The notes under the pieces were generated by a model that worked only from the letters and a program-made list of their open reading frames with translations, had not been told where the DNA came from and did no database searches. A stretch of DNA of 64,000 bases from Elusimicrobiota bacterium. Lineage in GTDB: Bacteria; CG03; SLGR01; PWQF01. The first letter of the stretch is position 1. Every line of letters begins with the position of its first letter. The stretch lies in contig PWOI01000130.1 in the NCBI GenBank assembly GCA_003557485.1, forward strand, positions 2,935 to 66,934. Reading direction: 5' to 3'. Below, piece by piece: positions 36,780 through 46,041 of this stretch. The position numbers and the translations under genes are program-made.

Positions 36780-38443
36780 GCTCCCTCTTTTTTAACTATC
36801 TTTGCCCAGGTGTCTTTCAGGGAAACTATACGGTTGAATACAGGACGGCCTTTCACTGAATCCTTTATGTCGGCAATGTAGTAGCCGTGCCGGAAAAACT
36901 GGACCCTTTTTCCAGGGTCAATATCCTTAAGCGAGCACTCCGCCATGCATTTATCGTTTACGGTAAGAGAATCCGGATTTATGCATTCGCGAAAATCATC
37001 CGCTCCATCCGGGTTTTCCCGGTTGAAAAGCCTGTCGTACTGTCGCACGGTAACATTGAGAGCGCTCCCGGCGTATATCCAGTGCAGTGTTCCGCTTACT
37101 TTCCTTCTGTCGGCGGTATCTCCTCCTCTGGACTCGGGGTCATATGTGCAGTGCAGCTCTTCTATGATCCCATTTGAATCTTTAATAACTTCATTGCAGG
37201 TAATGTAGTATGCGCTCTTAAGCCGGCTTTCCCTTCCGGGAGCAAGGCGGAAGAATTTTTTTGGCGGGGTTTCCATAAAATCTTCCCGTTCTATATACAA
37301 TTCTCTGCCGAACTGCAGCTTTCTTGTACCGGAAGCCGGGTCTTCGGGATTGTTTTCAACCTCAAAATACTCGGTTTTATCTTCAGGATAGTTGGTTATT
37401 ACAACTTTCAGCGGGTCAAGAACGGCAAAGACCCTGTCGGCGGTTTTATTAAGCTCTTCCCGTACGCAGTGCTCAAGCAGCGCAGCGTCTACTGTGCTGT
37501 TTGCCTTGGCCACACCAATTCTTAAAGCAAAATCCCTTATTGATGCAGCTGTATAACCCCTTCTGCGCAGCCCCGATATCGTAGGCATTCTAGGATCATC
37601 CCATCCGTCAACCATATTTTCACTTACAAGGATTCCCAGTCTTCTTTTACTCAGAACGCTATAGGATATATTAAGCCTGGCAAATTCTATCTGCTGCGGA
37701 TGATGAAGGCCAAGCTCCTCAAGAAACCAATCGTAAAGAGGCCTGTGGTCTTCAAACTCCAGTGTGCATATTGAATGTGTTATCTTTTCTATCGAATCTT
37801 CAAGGCAGTGGGCAAAATCATACATAGGATATATGCACCACTCATCACCCGTCCTGGGATGAGAAGCGTGCAGTATCCGGTAGATAACGGGATCGCGCAT
37901 ATTTAAATTTGGTGAAGCCATATCTATCTTTGCTCTAAGGACTTTTTCACCGTCATTAAACTCCCCATTTTTCATTCTTTCAAAAAGATCAAGATTCTCT
38001 TCAATTACGCGGTCCCTGCAAGGGCTTTCCTTTCCGGGTTCAGTAAAAGTACCCCGGTATTCTTTTATCTTCTCCTGGCTGATATCATCTACATACGCTT
38101 TGCCTTTTTTAATCAGCTCAACAGCGCACTGGTACATCCGCCCGAAATAATCCGAAGCGTAGTATTCCCTGTCCTGCCAGTCAAAACCGAGCCAGGCCAC
38201 ATCTTCCTTTATGGAGTCTATGTACTGCTGCTCTTCTTTAACGGGGTTGGTATCATCAAACCTGAGGTTGCATGTTCCGGAATACTGTTCTGCAAGAGAG
38301 AAGTTAAGGCATATTGATTTGGCATGGCCTATATGAAGAAAACCGTTGGGTTCGGGAGGGAACCTTGTAGCAACCCTGCCGGACCATTTGCCGGTTCTGT
38401 TATCCTGATCTATTATATCTTTTATAAAATTCCCTGTACTCAT
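36776..38443 (-). CDS. glnS: glutaminyl-tRNA synthetase
   Basis: [17 protein letters not shown] (HIGH), VLSKRRL (KMSKS variant), and GlnRS-specific C-terminal anticodon-binding beta-barrels. 555 aa. Confidence 0.95.
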   Translation of the reverse strand: MSTGNFIKDIIDQDNRTGKWSGRVATRFPPEPNGFLHIGHAKSICLNFSLAEQYSGTCNLRFDDTNPVKEEQQYIDSIKEDVAWLGFDWQDREYYASDYFGRMYQCAVELIKKGKAYVDDISQEKIKEYRGTFTEPGKESPCRDRVIEENLDLFERMKNGEFNDGEKVLRAKIDMASPNLNMRDPVIYRILHASHPRTGDEWCIYPMYDFAHCLEDSIEKITHSICTLEFEDHRPLYDWFLEELGLHHPQQIEFARLNISYSVLSKRRLGILVSENMVDGWDDPRMPTISGLRRRGYTAASIRDFALRIGVAKANSTVDAALLEHCVREELNKTADRVFAVLDPLKVVITNYPEDKTEYFEVENNPEDPASGTRKLQFGRELYIEREDFMETPPKKFFRLAPGRESRLKSAYYITCNEVIKDSNGIIEELHCTYDPESRGGDTADRRKVSGTLHWIYAGSALNVTVRQYDRLFNRENPDGADDFRECINPDSLTVNDKCMAECSLKDIDPGKRVQFFRHGYYIADIKDSVKGRPVFNRIVSLKDTWAKIVKKEGA

Positions 38444-38473
38444 TGCCTGCTAATATACAAATTTATGGAAATG

Positions 38474-38502
38474 TTTTCAAAACGGGATTTTTCCGTTATA
38501 AT
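38474..38502 (+). promoter_or_regulatory. candidate promoter of the TauE/SafE gene (TTTTCA-17-TATAAT), -10 box 9 nt from the ATG
   Basis: TATAAT at 38497-38502, ATG at 38512, no Shine-Dalgarno in between. Confidence 0.45.
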
Positions 38503-38511
38503 AATTTTGTT

Positions 38512-39258
38512 ATGGATATATTACTTTTAAGCCTTCTCTTTTTCCCTATAAGTATGGTCGGGGTATCCACCGGAGGGCTATCCCTTGTCACTGTTCCGCT
38601 TCTGATATTTTCCGGACTTTCTCCCCACAATGCAGTTGCTACAAATATGTTCGGCCTGATCTTTATGAGCCTCAGCGGGGCTGCCGGATTTGCTCCGGAA
38701 ATCAAAAAAACACCGGTTTCTCTTACATTAAAACTATCGGTTATTACCGCTGTCGCTTCGTTTGCCGGAGCAGGGATAGTGCTTGCCGTTGACGAAAAAG
38801 CCCTGCGCAGCGTGATTGCAGTAGTTATACTTGCAGTAACTGTCATAGTTTTTTTCAACAGGCGGGCAGGACTGAATGAAAGGACTGATTCCCCCAGACG
38901 CGGCAGGACTGCCGGCTGGATAGCCGTTTTCGTACTAGGTATTTACGGAGGGTTTTTCAGCGGCGCCTATATAACTATACTTACATACGTTTTCATACTT
39001 CTGTGGGGTATGAGTTTTCTGAGAGCCGCCGGACTTACAAAAGTTCTTAATACTTTCTCCTCGGCGGCGGCCTGTGCCTATTTTATCTATTACGGCGCAG
39101 TAGATTTCAGTTACGCCCTGCCTATATCGGCAGCAATGTTTGCCGGCGGATATGCCGGAGCCCGGATTGCGGTACTGAAGGGAAACCGTTGGCTGAGAAA
39201 TATATTTATGGCAGCGGCGGCGGCGATGAGCATTCTGCTTCTTTCCGGACGGTTTTAG
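38512..39258 (+). CDS. TauE/SafE-family (sulfite exporter-like) membrane protein
   Basis: MDILLLSLLFFPISMVGVSTGGLSLVTVPLL... Gly-rich TM helices repeated in two halves. Start moved from 38443 (which would overlap the glnS start) to the ATG at 38512. Confidence 0.8.
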   Translation: MDILLLSLLFFPISMVGVSTGGLSLVTVPLLIFSGLSPHNAVATNMFGLIFMSLSGAAGFAPEIKKTPVSLTLKLSVITAVASFAGAGIVLAVDEKALRSVIAVVILAVTVIVFFNRRAGLNERTDSPRRGRTAGWIAVFVLGIYGGFFSGAYITILTYVFILLWGMSFLRAAGLTKVLNTFSSAAACAYFIYYGAVDFSYALPISAAMFAGGYAGARIAVLKGNRWLRNIFMAAAAAMSILLLSGRF

Positions 39259-39281
39259 GGCTTTAACGAGTCAGGTATTTT

Positions 39282-39290
39282 TGTTATAAT
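39282..39290 (+). promoter_or_regulatory. extended -10 element (TGTTATAAT) upstream of pcm
   Basis: TGnTATAAT at 39282-39290, 22 nt upstream of the ATG at 39313. Confidence 0.45.
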
Positions 39291-39312
39291 TACATTAAAG
39301 GAACAGAAACCA

Positions 39313-40074
39313 ATGAAATATTTTTACTCTGCAGCATTGTTTTTCATCTTACTTTACTGCGCACCTTATGCCGGCGCGGCTGCATCCAGGCCGCCTGAGA
39401 CTTCCGGTGAAGAGGAACCTGCCTCGCACCAGGACGGCACTGGGACCATTCATCCTGATGCGGAACGAATGGTAGAAAATCAGATTAAAAACAGAGGCAT
39501 TGAGGACCCCGCGGTATTAAATGCCATGCTTCGGGTCCCCAGGCACCGTCTCGTACCGGAGCGAATGGTTTCTTCCGCATACGATGACAGGCCCCTGCCC
39601 ATAGGATGGGGACAGACTATATCCCAGCCCTACATAGTTGCCTATATGACTGAAATTGTTAATCCGCTTCCTAATCACAGAGCGTTGGAAATAGGTACCG
39701 GATCAGGATACCAGGCGGCAGTCCTGGCAGAAATAGTTGAAGATGTCTATACCATTGAAATAATCGAACCTCTGGGAACCAGGGCAAAGAATGACCTCAA
39801 GGAACTTGAATATAAAAACATTGAGGTAAAACTTGCCGACGGATACTGGGGATGGGAGGAAAAAGCCCCCTTTGACTGCATAATTGTAACAGCAGCGGCA
39901 GAATACATACCGCCTCCGCTGGTAAGACAGCTTGCCGATGGCGGCAGTATGATTATACCGGTCGGGCATCCATACCAGACACAGTATCTTGTTCTGGTAG
40001 AAAAAAACGGCGAAGAAATAACCACACGCCGCCTGATGCCGGTAAGGTTCGTTCCGTTTACCCGCAGCCAGTAA
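39313..40074 (+). CDS. pcm: protein-L-isoaspartate O-methyltransferase with N-terminal signal peptide
   Basis: GWGQTISQPYIVAYMTE...ALEIGTGSGYQAAVLAEIV...IIVTAAA (PCMT motifs), preceded by MKYFYSAALFFILLYCAPYAGAAAS. Confidence 0.9.
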   Translation: MKYFYSAALFFILLYCAPYAGAAASRPPETSGEEEPASHQDGTGTIHPDAERMVENQIKNRGIEDPAVLNAMLRVPRHRLVPERMVSSAYDDRPLPIGWGQTISQPYIVAYMTEIVNPLPNHRALEIGTGSGYQAAVLAEIVEDVYTIEIIEPLGTRAKNDLKELEYKNIEVKLADGYWGWEEKAPFDCIIVTAAAEYIPPPLVRQLADGGSMIIPVGHPYQTQYLVLVEKNGEEITTRRLMPVRFVPFTRSQ

Positions 40075-40081
40075 TTTTTCA

Positions 40082-42427
40082 ATGAAAAAAAGCCTGTACC
40101 TGACAGTCGCCCTGCTTTCGGCGGCCCTCATATCCTACCAGGTCATCCTGATGCACATCCTTTCTATAGTTCAGTGGCACCATTTTGCCTACATGATTAT
40201 TTCAGCAGCTATGCTGGGCTTCGGGGCTAGCGGAACCATTTTGGCTCTCTTTAAAGAAAGAAAGTTTTTCCAGTCCGATTCAGTTGTTTTTATACTTTTA
40301 ATTCTTACAAGCGCAGCAATCCTTATATCTCCGCTTCTTACCTCTCTGCCACTACTCAGCTTTGACAGCTATCTTGTATTGAGCAGGACTGCCCATATGT
40401 TCAGGCTTATCCTGAACTACGCAGTATTTTTTATTCCGTTCCTTACAGGAGCGCTTGTAATGGCCCTTCTTTTTACCCGGCATATCGTTTCAACTGCTAA
40501 ACTTTATTTCTCCAACCTGCTGGGCTCCGCCGCGGGGGCGATAATCCCCCTTTTAATGATAAGAACCTTCGCCCCCGAAAGCCTTATCCCTATTGCAGCC
40601 CTTATCCCCCTGACCGGAGCGCTTGCCGCTTTCCCGGAAAAAAGAAAAAAATTCAACTGTATTATTATCGGCTTAGCGGCAGGGCTTGCCTTAATTCTGG
40701 TGTTTTCCCCGCCGCCTTTTCATATCTCTCAGTATAAGTCCATAAGCTACGCAATGAACCAGCCGGGAGCAAGAATACTCGAAAGAAAGCTCAGCGTTCA
40801 CGGGCTTATTGAGTACGCAGAAACTCCCGCAAGCAGGTTCGCTCCGGGGTTGAGCCTTGCTTATGAAGGAGAAATTCCGGTATCCGATACCATATTCCTA
40901 AACGGGGACGAACTGGGGCCGGTTTTCAGTTCAGAAGAAAGTTATTCCGTACTTTCGCATACGCCAAAGGCAATCCCGTTCAGAATATCATCCATAGACA
41001 GAGTACTCTCTCTTGAAGCCGGCACTTTCCACAGCGCTTTTTATGCAGCACATGAAGGAGCATCCTATATAACAGCAGCCGACCCTGCTGCAGAAGAAAC
41101 AGCGCAACTCATAAGCAAAAATGCAGGCCTGGACATGTCAGGAATCAACCCCAAAGCCGTTGACCCGAGAACTTTCCTTTTCATAACGGAAGACAAATAC
41201 GACCTCATAACTCTTCCGGCTGCTAATACCTTCCGCGGGACAGCGGGCCTATACGCGCTGAGAGAAAAATATATACTTACTCTTGAATCCCTGGATAGAA
41301 TGATGGACCTGCTTTCAGATAAAGGGATTCTTTACATACCGGCCTGGACAGACTATCCTTATAGAACATCACTCAAGCTGCTGGCGTCGCTTGCCCAAAC
41401 TCTTGAAGAAAGGGGAATGGACCCTAAAACCCATATAACCGCCGTGCGGGACTGGAATATGATACATTTCATGGTGTCGGCTTCTCCGCTAACGGATACG
41501 CAGATATATATATTAAGCGAGTTCTGCGAGAAAAAACTTTTTGACGCAGCAATACCTGAAGGACTTCAAGATCATTTCTACCACTCACTTCCCGATGATG
41601 ACTACTCAGTCTATATAAGCAGAATACTCTCACCTGACCGGGAAAGTTTTTACCGGGATTACAAGTTCAACATAAGGCCGGCAACGGACAACAGGCCCTT
41701 TTTCCTGAATTTCATAACCTTTAGAAGCGCCAGGCATATGATAAAAGAGGGATCTTTCAGAGACTTCTCTTTTATGGAACTGGGCTATCTGATACTTGCC
41801 TTTACCTTCATACAAGTCTCACTGGCCGCCTTTATACTTATAATCCTGCCTCTTTTTAAATTAAAAAATAAGCTTACCAATAAACTTTTTTCTATTTCCT
41901 ACTTCAGCTGCCTGGGGCTTGGGTTCATATTTTTAGAAATGGTGCTAATACAGAAATTTACATTCTACTTCGGCAGCCCGGTCTATTCTGCCGCCTTTGT
42001 AATTGCTTTTATGTTGCTGGCGGCGGGTATAGGAAGCCGTGTATCTCACGGATTTGAGGCCTCGCGTATAAATATTGCAAAGGTGTGCGTCGCCGTTGCG
42101 GCTTTTGTTCTATTATATTTACTGTTTTTGGAAAGGTTATTCTACGCTACGGTACATTTTGATACTTTTTTAAAGGTCCTTATCTCATTTGTCATTATCT
42201 TTCCGGCTGGATTTCTGATGGGTATGCCGTTCCCGCTTGGCCTGGGCAGCATTGGAAGAGAAAACCCCTCCAATGTTCCCTGGTGCTGGGGTATTGACGG
42301 CTGTTTTTCGGTTATAGCAGCCTCCCTTGCCACTTTAATTTCACTTAATGGAGGCTTTACTGTTATACTTTTATGTGTTTCGGTTCTTTACCTGACAGCA
42401 GCAATATCGGCTGCCGCCCTTGATTAA
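40082..42427 (+). CDS. large polytopic membrane protein with central soluble domain (spermidine-synthase-like architecture, tentative)
   Basis: About 7 N-terminal and 5-6 C-terminal TM helices flank a ~330-aa soluble region. The layout resembles fused membrane/spermidine-synthase-family proteins, but the usual GxGxG SAM motif is not evident (VLSLEAGTFHS). Confidence 0.45.
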   Translation: MKKSLYLTVALLSAALISYQVILMHILSIVQWHHFAYMIISAAMLGFGASGTILALFKERKFFQSDSVVFILLILTSAAILISPLLTSLPLLSFDSYLVLSRTAHMFRLILNYAVFFIPFLTGALVMALLFTRHIVSTAKLYFSNLLGSAAGAIIPLLMIRTFAPESLIPIAALIPLTGALAAFPEKRKKFNCIIIGLAAGLALILVFSPPPFHISQYKSISYAMNQPGARILERKLSVHGLIEYAETPASRFAPGLSLAYEGEIPVSDTIFLNGDELGPVFSSEESYSVLSHTPKAIPFRISSIDRVLSLEAGTFHSAFYAAHEGASYITAADPAAEETAQLISKNAGLDMSGINPKAVDPRTFLFITEDKYDLITLPAANTFRGTAGLYALREKYILTLESLDRMMDLLSDKGILYIPAWTDYPYRTSLKLLASLAQTLEERGMDPKTHITAVRDWNMIHFMVSASPLTDTQIYILSEFCEKKLFDAAIPEGLQDHFYHSLPDDDYSVYISRILSPDRESFYRDYKFNIRPATDNRPFFLNFITFRSARHMIKEGSFRDFSFMELGYLILAFTFIQVSLAAFILIILPLFKLKNKLTNKLFSISYFSCLGLGFIFLEMVLIQKFTFYFGSPVYSAAFVIAFMLLAAGIGSRVSHGFEASRINIAKVCVAVAAFVLLYLLFLERLFYATVHFDTFLKVLISFVIIFPAGFLMGMPFPLGLGSIGRENPSNVPWCWGIDGCFSVIAASLATLISLNGGFTVILLCVSVLYLTAAISAAALD

Positions 42428-42699
42428 CCGAACCTCCCCGCAACCATAAGGACCCCTATTATAACAAACAACGCGCCGCCTCCTATCCTTATGGCCTGTG
42501 GCGGCAGATACCTGCTTATATAGGCACCAAGGGTAACACTGACAGCTGTCACTATCATAAATGCTGTTACAGACCCCAGCCATACGCTGAAAGGCCTTCC
42601 GGATTTTCCGGCCAGCGTTATTCCCATAAGCTGGGTTTTGTCTGCAAGTTCGGCAACCAGTATGGCCATAAAAGTAGTCAGAAATATTCTAAAATCCAA
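42424..42699 (-). CDS. UPF0016 (GDT1/TMEM165) family single-repeat cation transporter subunit
   Basis: ELADKTQL (E-x-G/A-D-K-T motif) in TM1. 91 aa, three TM helices. TTG start 8 nt after AGGAGG. Confidence 0.8.
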   Translation of the reverse strand: MDFRIFLTTFMAILVAELADKTQLMGITLAGKSGRPFSVWLGSVTAFMIVTAVSVTLGAYISRYLPPQAIRIGGGALFVIIGVLMVAGRFG

Positions 42700-42823
42700 T
42701 AATATGTCCTCCTTCTCTCTTTAGTTCCCATCCGGCAGAAAGATACACCTCACCATAGGCATGGAAACCATACTTTACAACCTGGAAATATTTAAATATT
42801 TCAATTGGGTTAGGTATAGGAAA

Positions 42824-42848
42824 GCCGTCCGGCTAATTGCCGGACGGT
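42824..42848 (-). terminator. hairpin downstream of csp (candidate terminator)
   Basis: CCGTCCGGC / GCCGGACGG 9-bp stem with a 5-nt loop. On the minus-strand transcript it is followed by CUUUCCUAU, only moderately U-rich. Confidence 0.45.
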
Positions 42849-42888
42849 ATAGCCTGAGCAGGTCCGAATAATGATAATTAAATAATAT

Positions 42889-43083
42889 TTAATCTATCTT
42901 TTTTACGTTTACCGCTTTAGGTCCTTTCTGTCCGTCTTCAGCTTCAAATTCCACCCTGTCTCCTTCATTCAGAGAATCTCCCTGAACATCATTGCGATGT
43001 ACGAAAAGGTCTTTTCCGCCTTCGTCGGGTTTAATGAAACCAAAATTTTTCAGATCATTGAAAAATTGCACTGTTCCTTTCAT
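42889..43083 (-). CDS. cold-shock protein (CspA family)
   Basis: MKGTVQFFNDLKNFGFIKPDEGGKDLFVH (RNP-1/RNP-2). 64 aa. GGAGGTG Shine-Dalgarno. Confidence 0.95.
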   Translation of the reverse strand: MKGTVQFFNDLKNFGFIKPDEGGKDLFVHRNDVQGDSLNEGDRVEFEAEDGQKGPKAVNVKKID

Positions 43084-43172
43084 GTTTTTTCACCTCCTTT
43101 CTTTTTTGAATTTTTCCTTAAAGGGATTCTAATGTAATGGTATGTCCTTATAATCTTTCTGTACTGCTTTCA

Positions 43173-43538
43173 TCAATTGTCATTTGATTCGATGTCACAA
43201 CTTCTCTGTATTAATCCGTACTTCTTAAGTACCTCATCAATTTTATCCATAAGAAAACTGGTTTTAAATGGTTTTGCCACATAGCGATCGGCTTTTTTAT
43301 TGACCGCTCTTTCAAAAGAATCGGCGTCCGTATTTGCGGTAAGCATTATAACGGGAATTCCGGCCGTGGAAGGATTTTCTTTTACTCTCTCCAAAACCTC
43401 AAGGCCATTCATCTCAGGCATATCTATATCAAGAAGTATCAAATCCGGCTTGTTAAGAATTATTTTCTCCAGGGCATAAGATCCGTCGCTTGCAGTATCT
43501 ATTTCGTATCCCCGGCTCTTAAGAAGAACGCTCAGCAA
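43173..43538 (-). CDS. stand-alone response-regulator receiver domain (annotated from the first canonical start; the true N-terminus is probably further upstream, see finding)
   Basis: DLILLDIDMPEMNG (phospho-Asp), VIMLTAN, YVAKPF. In-frame upstream sequence encodes KIKVLIVDDDKDIVR, which contains no ATG/GTG/TTG. Confidence 0.8.
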   Translation of the reverse strand: MLSVLLKSRGYEIDTASDGSYALEKIILNKPDLILLDIDMPEMNGLEVLERVKENPSTAGIPVIMLTANTDADSFERAVNKKADRYVAKPFKTSFLMDKIDEVLKKYGLIQRSCDIESNDN

Positions 43539-43633
43539 TCTGACAATATCCTTATCATCGTCTACTATCAGGACCTTTATTTTATTTTCCGTGTCGACCT
43601 GTTCCTCCTGTTCGCGGACTGCGCGTCTCCTGC

Positions 43634-44143
43634 CTAAAACCTTATGCCCAGCCCAAATCCAATATGGAGCATTATCAGCATGTTGTCATCGAACTCTTTA
43701 TCATAAACAAAAGTCCCTCTCAGCAGTGCATCAGCAAAAATAGGATTTCTTGCCGAAGCCAGGCGGGCGCCAAGTCCCATTGAGGCTCCAAAATTACTGC
43801 TTTCGTATGTTTTGGCTTCTGTGTAGTAAACTCCGGCTGTTGTCTGTATGTAGGGTTTTATATCTCCCAGAGTGAAAAAGTTGTAACGTATTACAGCTGT
43901 TATGGGTATGGTGTCCACATTTTTTGCAATAGGGAGCTGTCCGCTCTCAAACCCGACTTCATAATCAGAAAACATACTGCCTGCTATTAAAATCCGCGCT
44001 GTATAACCAAGTCCGCCCGTATCACCGGATATATCCGGATGAAGAACTGTTCCAAAATTCGGCGCAATGGTAATTTCCACAGCTTCGGCAGGCACATAAA
44101 GGCATAAGGAAAGCAGACCGGCAATAACAATAAACTTTTTCAT
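43634..44143 (-). CDS. small outer-membrane beta-barrel protein
   Basis: Signal peptide MKKFIVIAGLLSLCLYVPAEA. Alternating Gly/aromatic strands. C-terminal GFGLGIRF. Confidence 0.6.
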   Translation of the reverse strand: MKKFIVIAGLLSLCLYVPAEAVEITIAPNFGTVLHPDISGDTGGLGYTARILIAGSMFSDYEVGFESGQLPIAKNVDTIPITAVIRYNFFTLGDIKPYIQTTAGVYYTEAKTYESSNFGASMGLGARLASARNPIFADALLRGTFVYDKEFDDNMLIMLHIGFGLGIRF

Positions 44144-44342
44144 TTAACTAAACTCCCTGAACCAAATAAACGTTTTCTCAAATCGGGCCGGCGGCCCGTA
44201 TATGTTCTTATATACGTGTTTTTAACATATTATTGAGGCTGTTGTCAACAACCTGCCTCTTTTTAACTTTTCGATTGCATATCACCGGGGGCTTTAGTAA
44301 GATACCAGGGGCATAATAAATTAATAAACACAGAGAGACAAA

Positions 44343-45377
44343 ATGAAGGAAAAAATAAATCTTCTAGATAAGGATTTCAAAGAGATGCAAGCCCTGATGA
44401 AGCAGTTCAAACTGCCTCCATTCAGGGCACGGCAGCTTTTTAACTGGATATACTCCCATAGGGTTTCTTCATTCAGCAGTATGGTTAACCTGCCGAAATC
44501 AATGATAGCTATGCTTGAGGAAAAAGCCCGTTTTGACCCTCTTGAAATTATCTCGCTTCAGCGTTCAAAAGACGGGACAAGAAAATTCCTATTTGCCCTT
44601 GAAGACAAAAAACAGGTAGAAGCTGTTTACCTTCCTTATAAAGGAACCAGAACAAGCGTATGCCTTTCAACGCAGGCTGGCTGTTCAATGGGGTGCAGCT
44701 TCTGCGCCACTGCAAAGCTCCCACTTGGGCGAAACCTGAGCTGCGGCGAGATAATAAATCAGCTCCTGACAATAGAAAAGAAAGTTTCGCGAAGGATAAG
44801 CAACGTCGTATTAATGGGAATGGGAGAACCCCTTGCCAACTACAGCAACGTACTTAAAGCAGTATCTATTATAAACCATAGCGATGGACTTGATGTGGCA
44901 ATGAGAAAGATAACACTGTCAACCTGCGGGCTTGTAAAGGAAATATACAGACTCGCCGAGGAGAAGCTTCAGCTTACACTGGCCATATCGCTTAACGCTG
45001 CAACCGATTCTCTAAGAGACACCCTTATGCCTGTAAATAAAAAATACCCATTAAGTGAGCTTATGAAAGCCTGCAGGCATTATGCTTCTGTTACCGGGAG
45101 AAGAGTCACATTTGAATATGTTATGATTGACGGAGTAAATGATTCAAGGGACCAGGCTATTGCTCTTGCCGGCCTGCTTAAAGGATTCCTGTCTCATGTT
45201 AACCTTATACCGCTGAACCCTGTTCAATCGATAAGAATGAAGCCGGCTTCCATCGGCGCCATTGATATGTTCAAGGCAATACTTGAAATCAGAACAATAC
45301 CGGTATCAATAAGGCAGGAAAGAGGAAAAGACATAGATGCGGCCTGCGGCCAGCTGACCGGCAGAAATAGAAACTAA
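44343..45377 (+). CDS. rlmN: 23S rRNA/tRNA (adenine-C2)-methyltransferase RlmN (radical SAM)
   Basis: FRARQLFNWIY, CLSTQAGCSMGCSFCAT (CxxxCxxC), MGMGEPLAN, LAISLNA, and a C-terminal CGQL. Confidence 0.93.
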   Translation: MKEKINLLDKDFKEMQALMKQFKLPPFRARQLFNWIYSHRVSSFSSMVNLPKSMIAMLEEKARFDPLEIISLQRSKDGTRKFLFALEDKKQVEAVYLPYKGTRTSVCLSTQAGCSMGCSFCATAKLPLGRNLSCGEIINQLLTIEKKVSRRISNVVLMGMGEPLANYSNVLKAVSIINHSDGLDVAMRKITLSTCGLVKEIYRLAEEKLQLTLAISLNAATDSLRDTLMPVNKKYPLSELMKACRHYASVTGRRVTFEYVMIDGVNDSRDQAIALAGLLKGFLSHVNLIPLNPVQSIRMKPASIGAIDMFKAILEIRTIPVSIRQERGKDIDAACGQLTGRNRN

Positions 45378-45379
45378 AT

Positions 45380-45988
45380 TTAAAAAGACCCCCTGATTCC
45401 CAGTCCCACAATATTTGACCCCTGCGCATCCTGAAATAAGCCGAATACTCCGGACCGGTGGTGAACCCTTAAAAAAAGGCTCCATCCGTCAAGACCCGGC
45501 AGGATAGCTTCTTTTTCAATCATCATATATTTAAGCGGCCTTACAGGATCGGAAGTTTTCCGGCGGCGCTCTATTGAAGGCGTTCCGCCGGCATAGGAGA
45601 TACCGCTACCGAAAGCAAGAGAGGTGTTGAGGTGTCTATCCCACGGGAACTTTTTCCACCGCAAAGAAAGAAGAGCGTTTATCTCGGGATGAGTCTGCTT
45701 TCCGCAATGTTTACCTGCATTAATCTCACCTTCCGCCTGAAGATTTTTTCCAAAAGAAAATATGTCCTTTCCAATCCCGGCTGCTGTTATCCAGCTATCG
45801 CGGAAATCAGTTTCCAGCCTGAATACAATTCTTACAAATATGGTTTTGCTCCACCTGCCGCGATAGGCGTAAAACCTCCATCCCTGAAAAGGATCCGTTT
45901 CGGCGCAATAAATCCGGACCGGTAAGGCTAATATTATAACAGCTGTCAGTAAAGCAGATGCATATCTTTTTACAAAAATTATACCCAT
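45380..45988 (-). CDS. outer-membrane acyloxyacyl hydrolase / lipid A deacylase (PagL)-like protein (tentative)
   Basis: Signal peptide. Beta-rich sequence. HHRSG (His-x-Ser) near the C-terminus and a terminal GLGIRGSF, reminiscent of the PagL family. Confidence 0.4.
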   Translation of the reverse strand: MGIIFVKRYASALLTAVIILALPVRIYCAETDPFQGWRFYAYRGRWSKTIFVRIVFRLETDFRDSWITAAGIGKDIFSFGKNLQAEGEINAGKHCGKQTHPEINALLSLRWKKFPWDRHLNTSLAFGSGISYAGGTPSIERRRKTSDPVRPLKYMMIEKEAILPGLDGWSLFLRVHHRSGVFGLFQDAQGSNIVGLGIRGSF

Positions 45989-46041
45989 TTAATAATGCTA
46001 ATAGTTGGAAAGGATAAAAATCAACTGCAATAGAAGGAGTA

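Noticed and set aside
38443-38511. Upstream ORF-track start (38443) for the TauE/SafE gene, and similar 5' extensions at 6596, 58576, 59073, 51243 and 25802
   Set aside because: The extensions overlap neighbouring genes or promoter/Shine-Dalgarno elements and add non-homologous residues. Internal ATGs with better signals were preferred.
42700-42830. Possible yybP-ykoY (manganese) riboswitch in the leader of the UPF0016 transporter gene
   Set aside because: I reverse-complemented the leader and looked for the conserved GGGGAGUAG / GAGACC-type cores of that riboswitch. Neither is present. Only a generic ~100-nt leader with an AGGAGG Shine-Dalgarno is visible.
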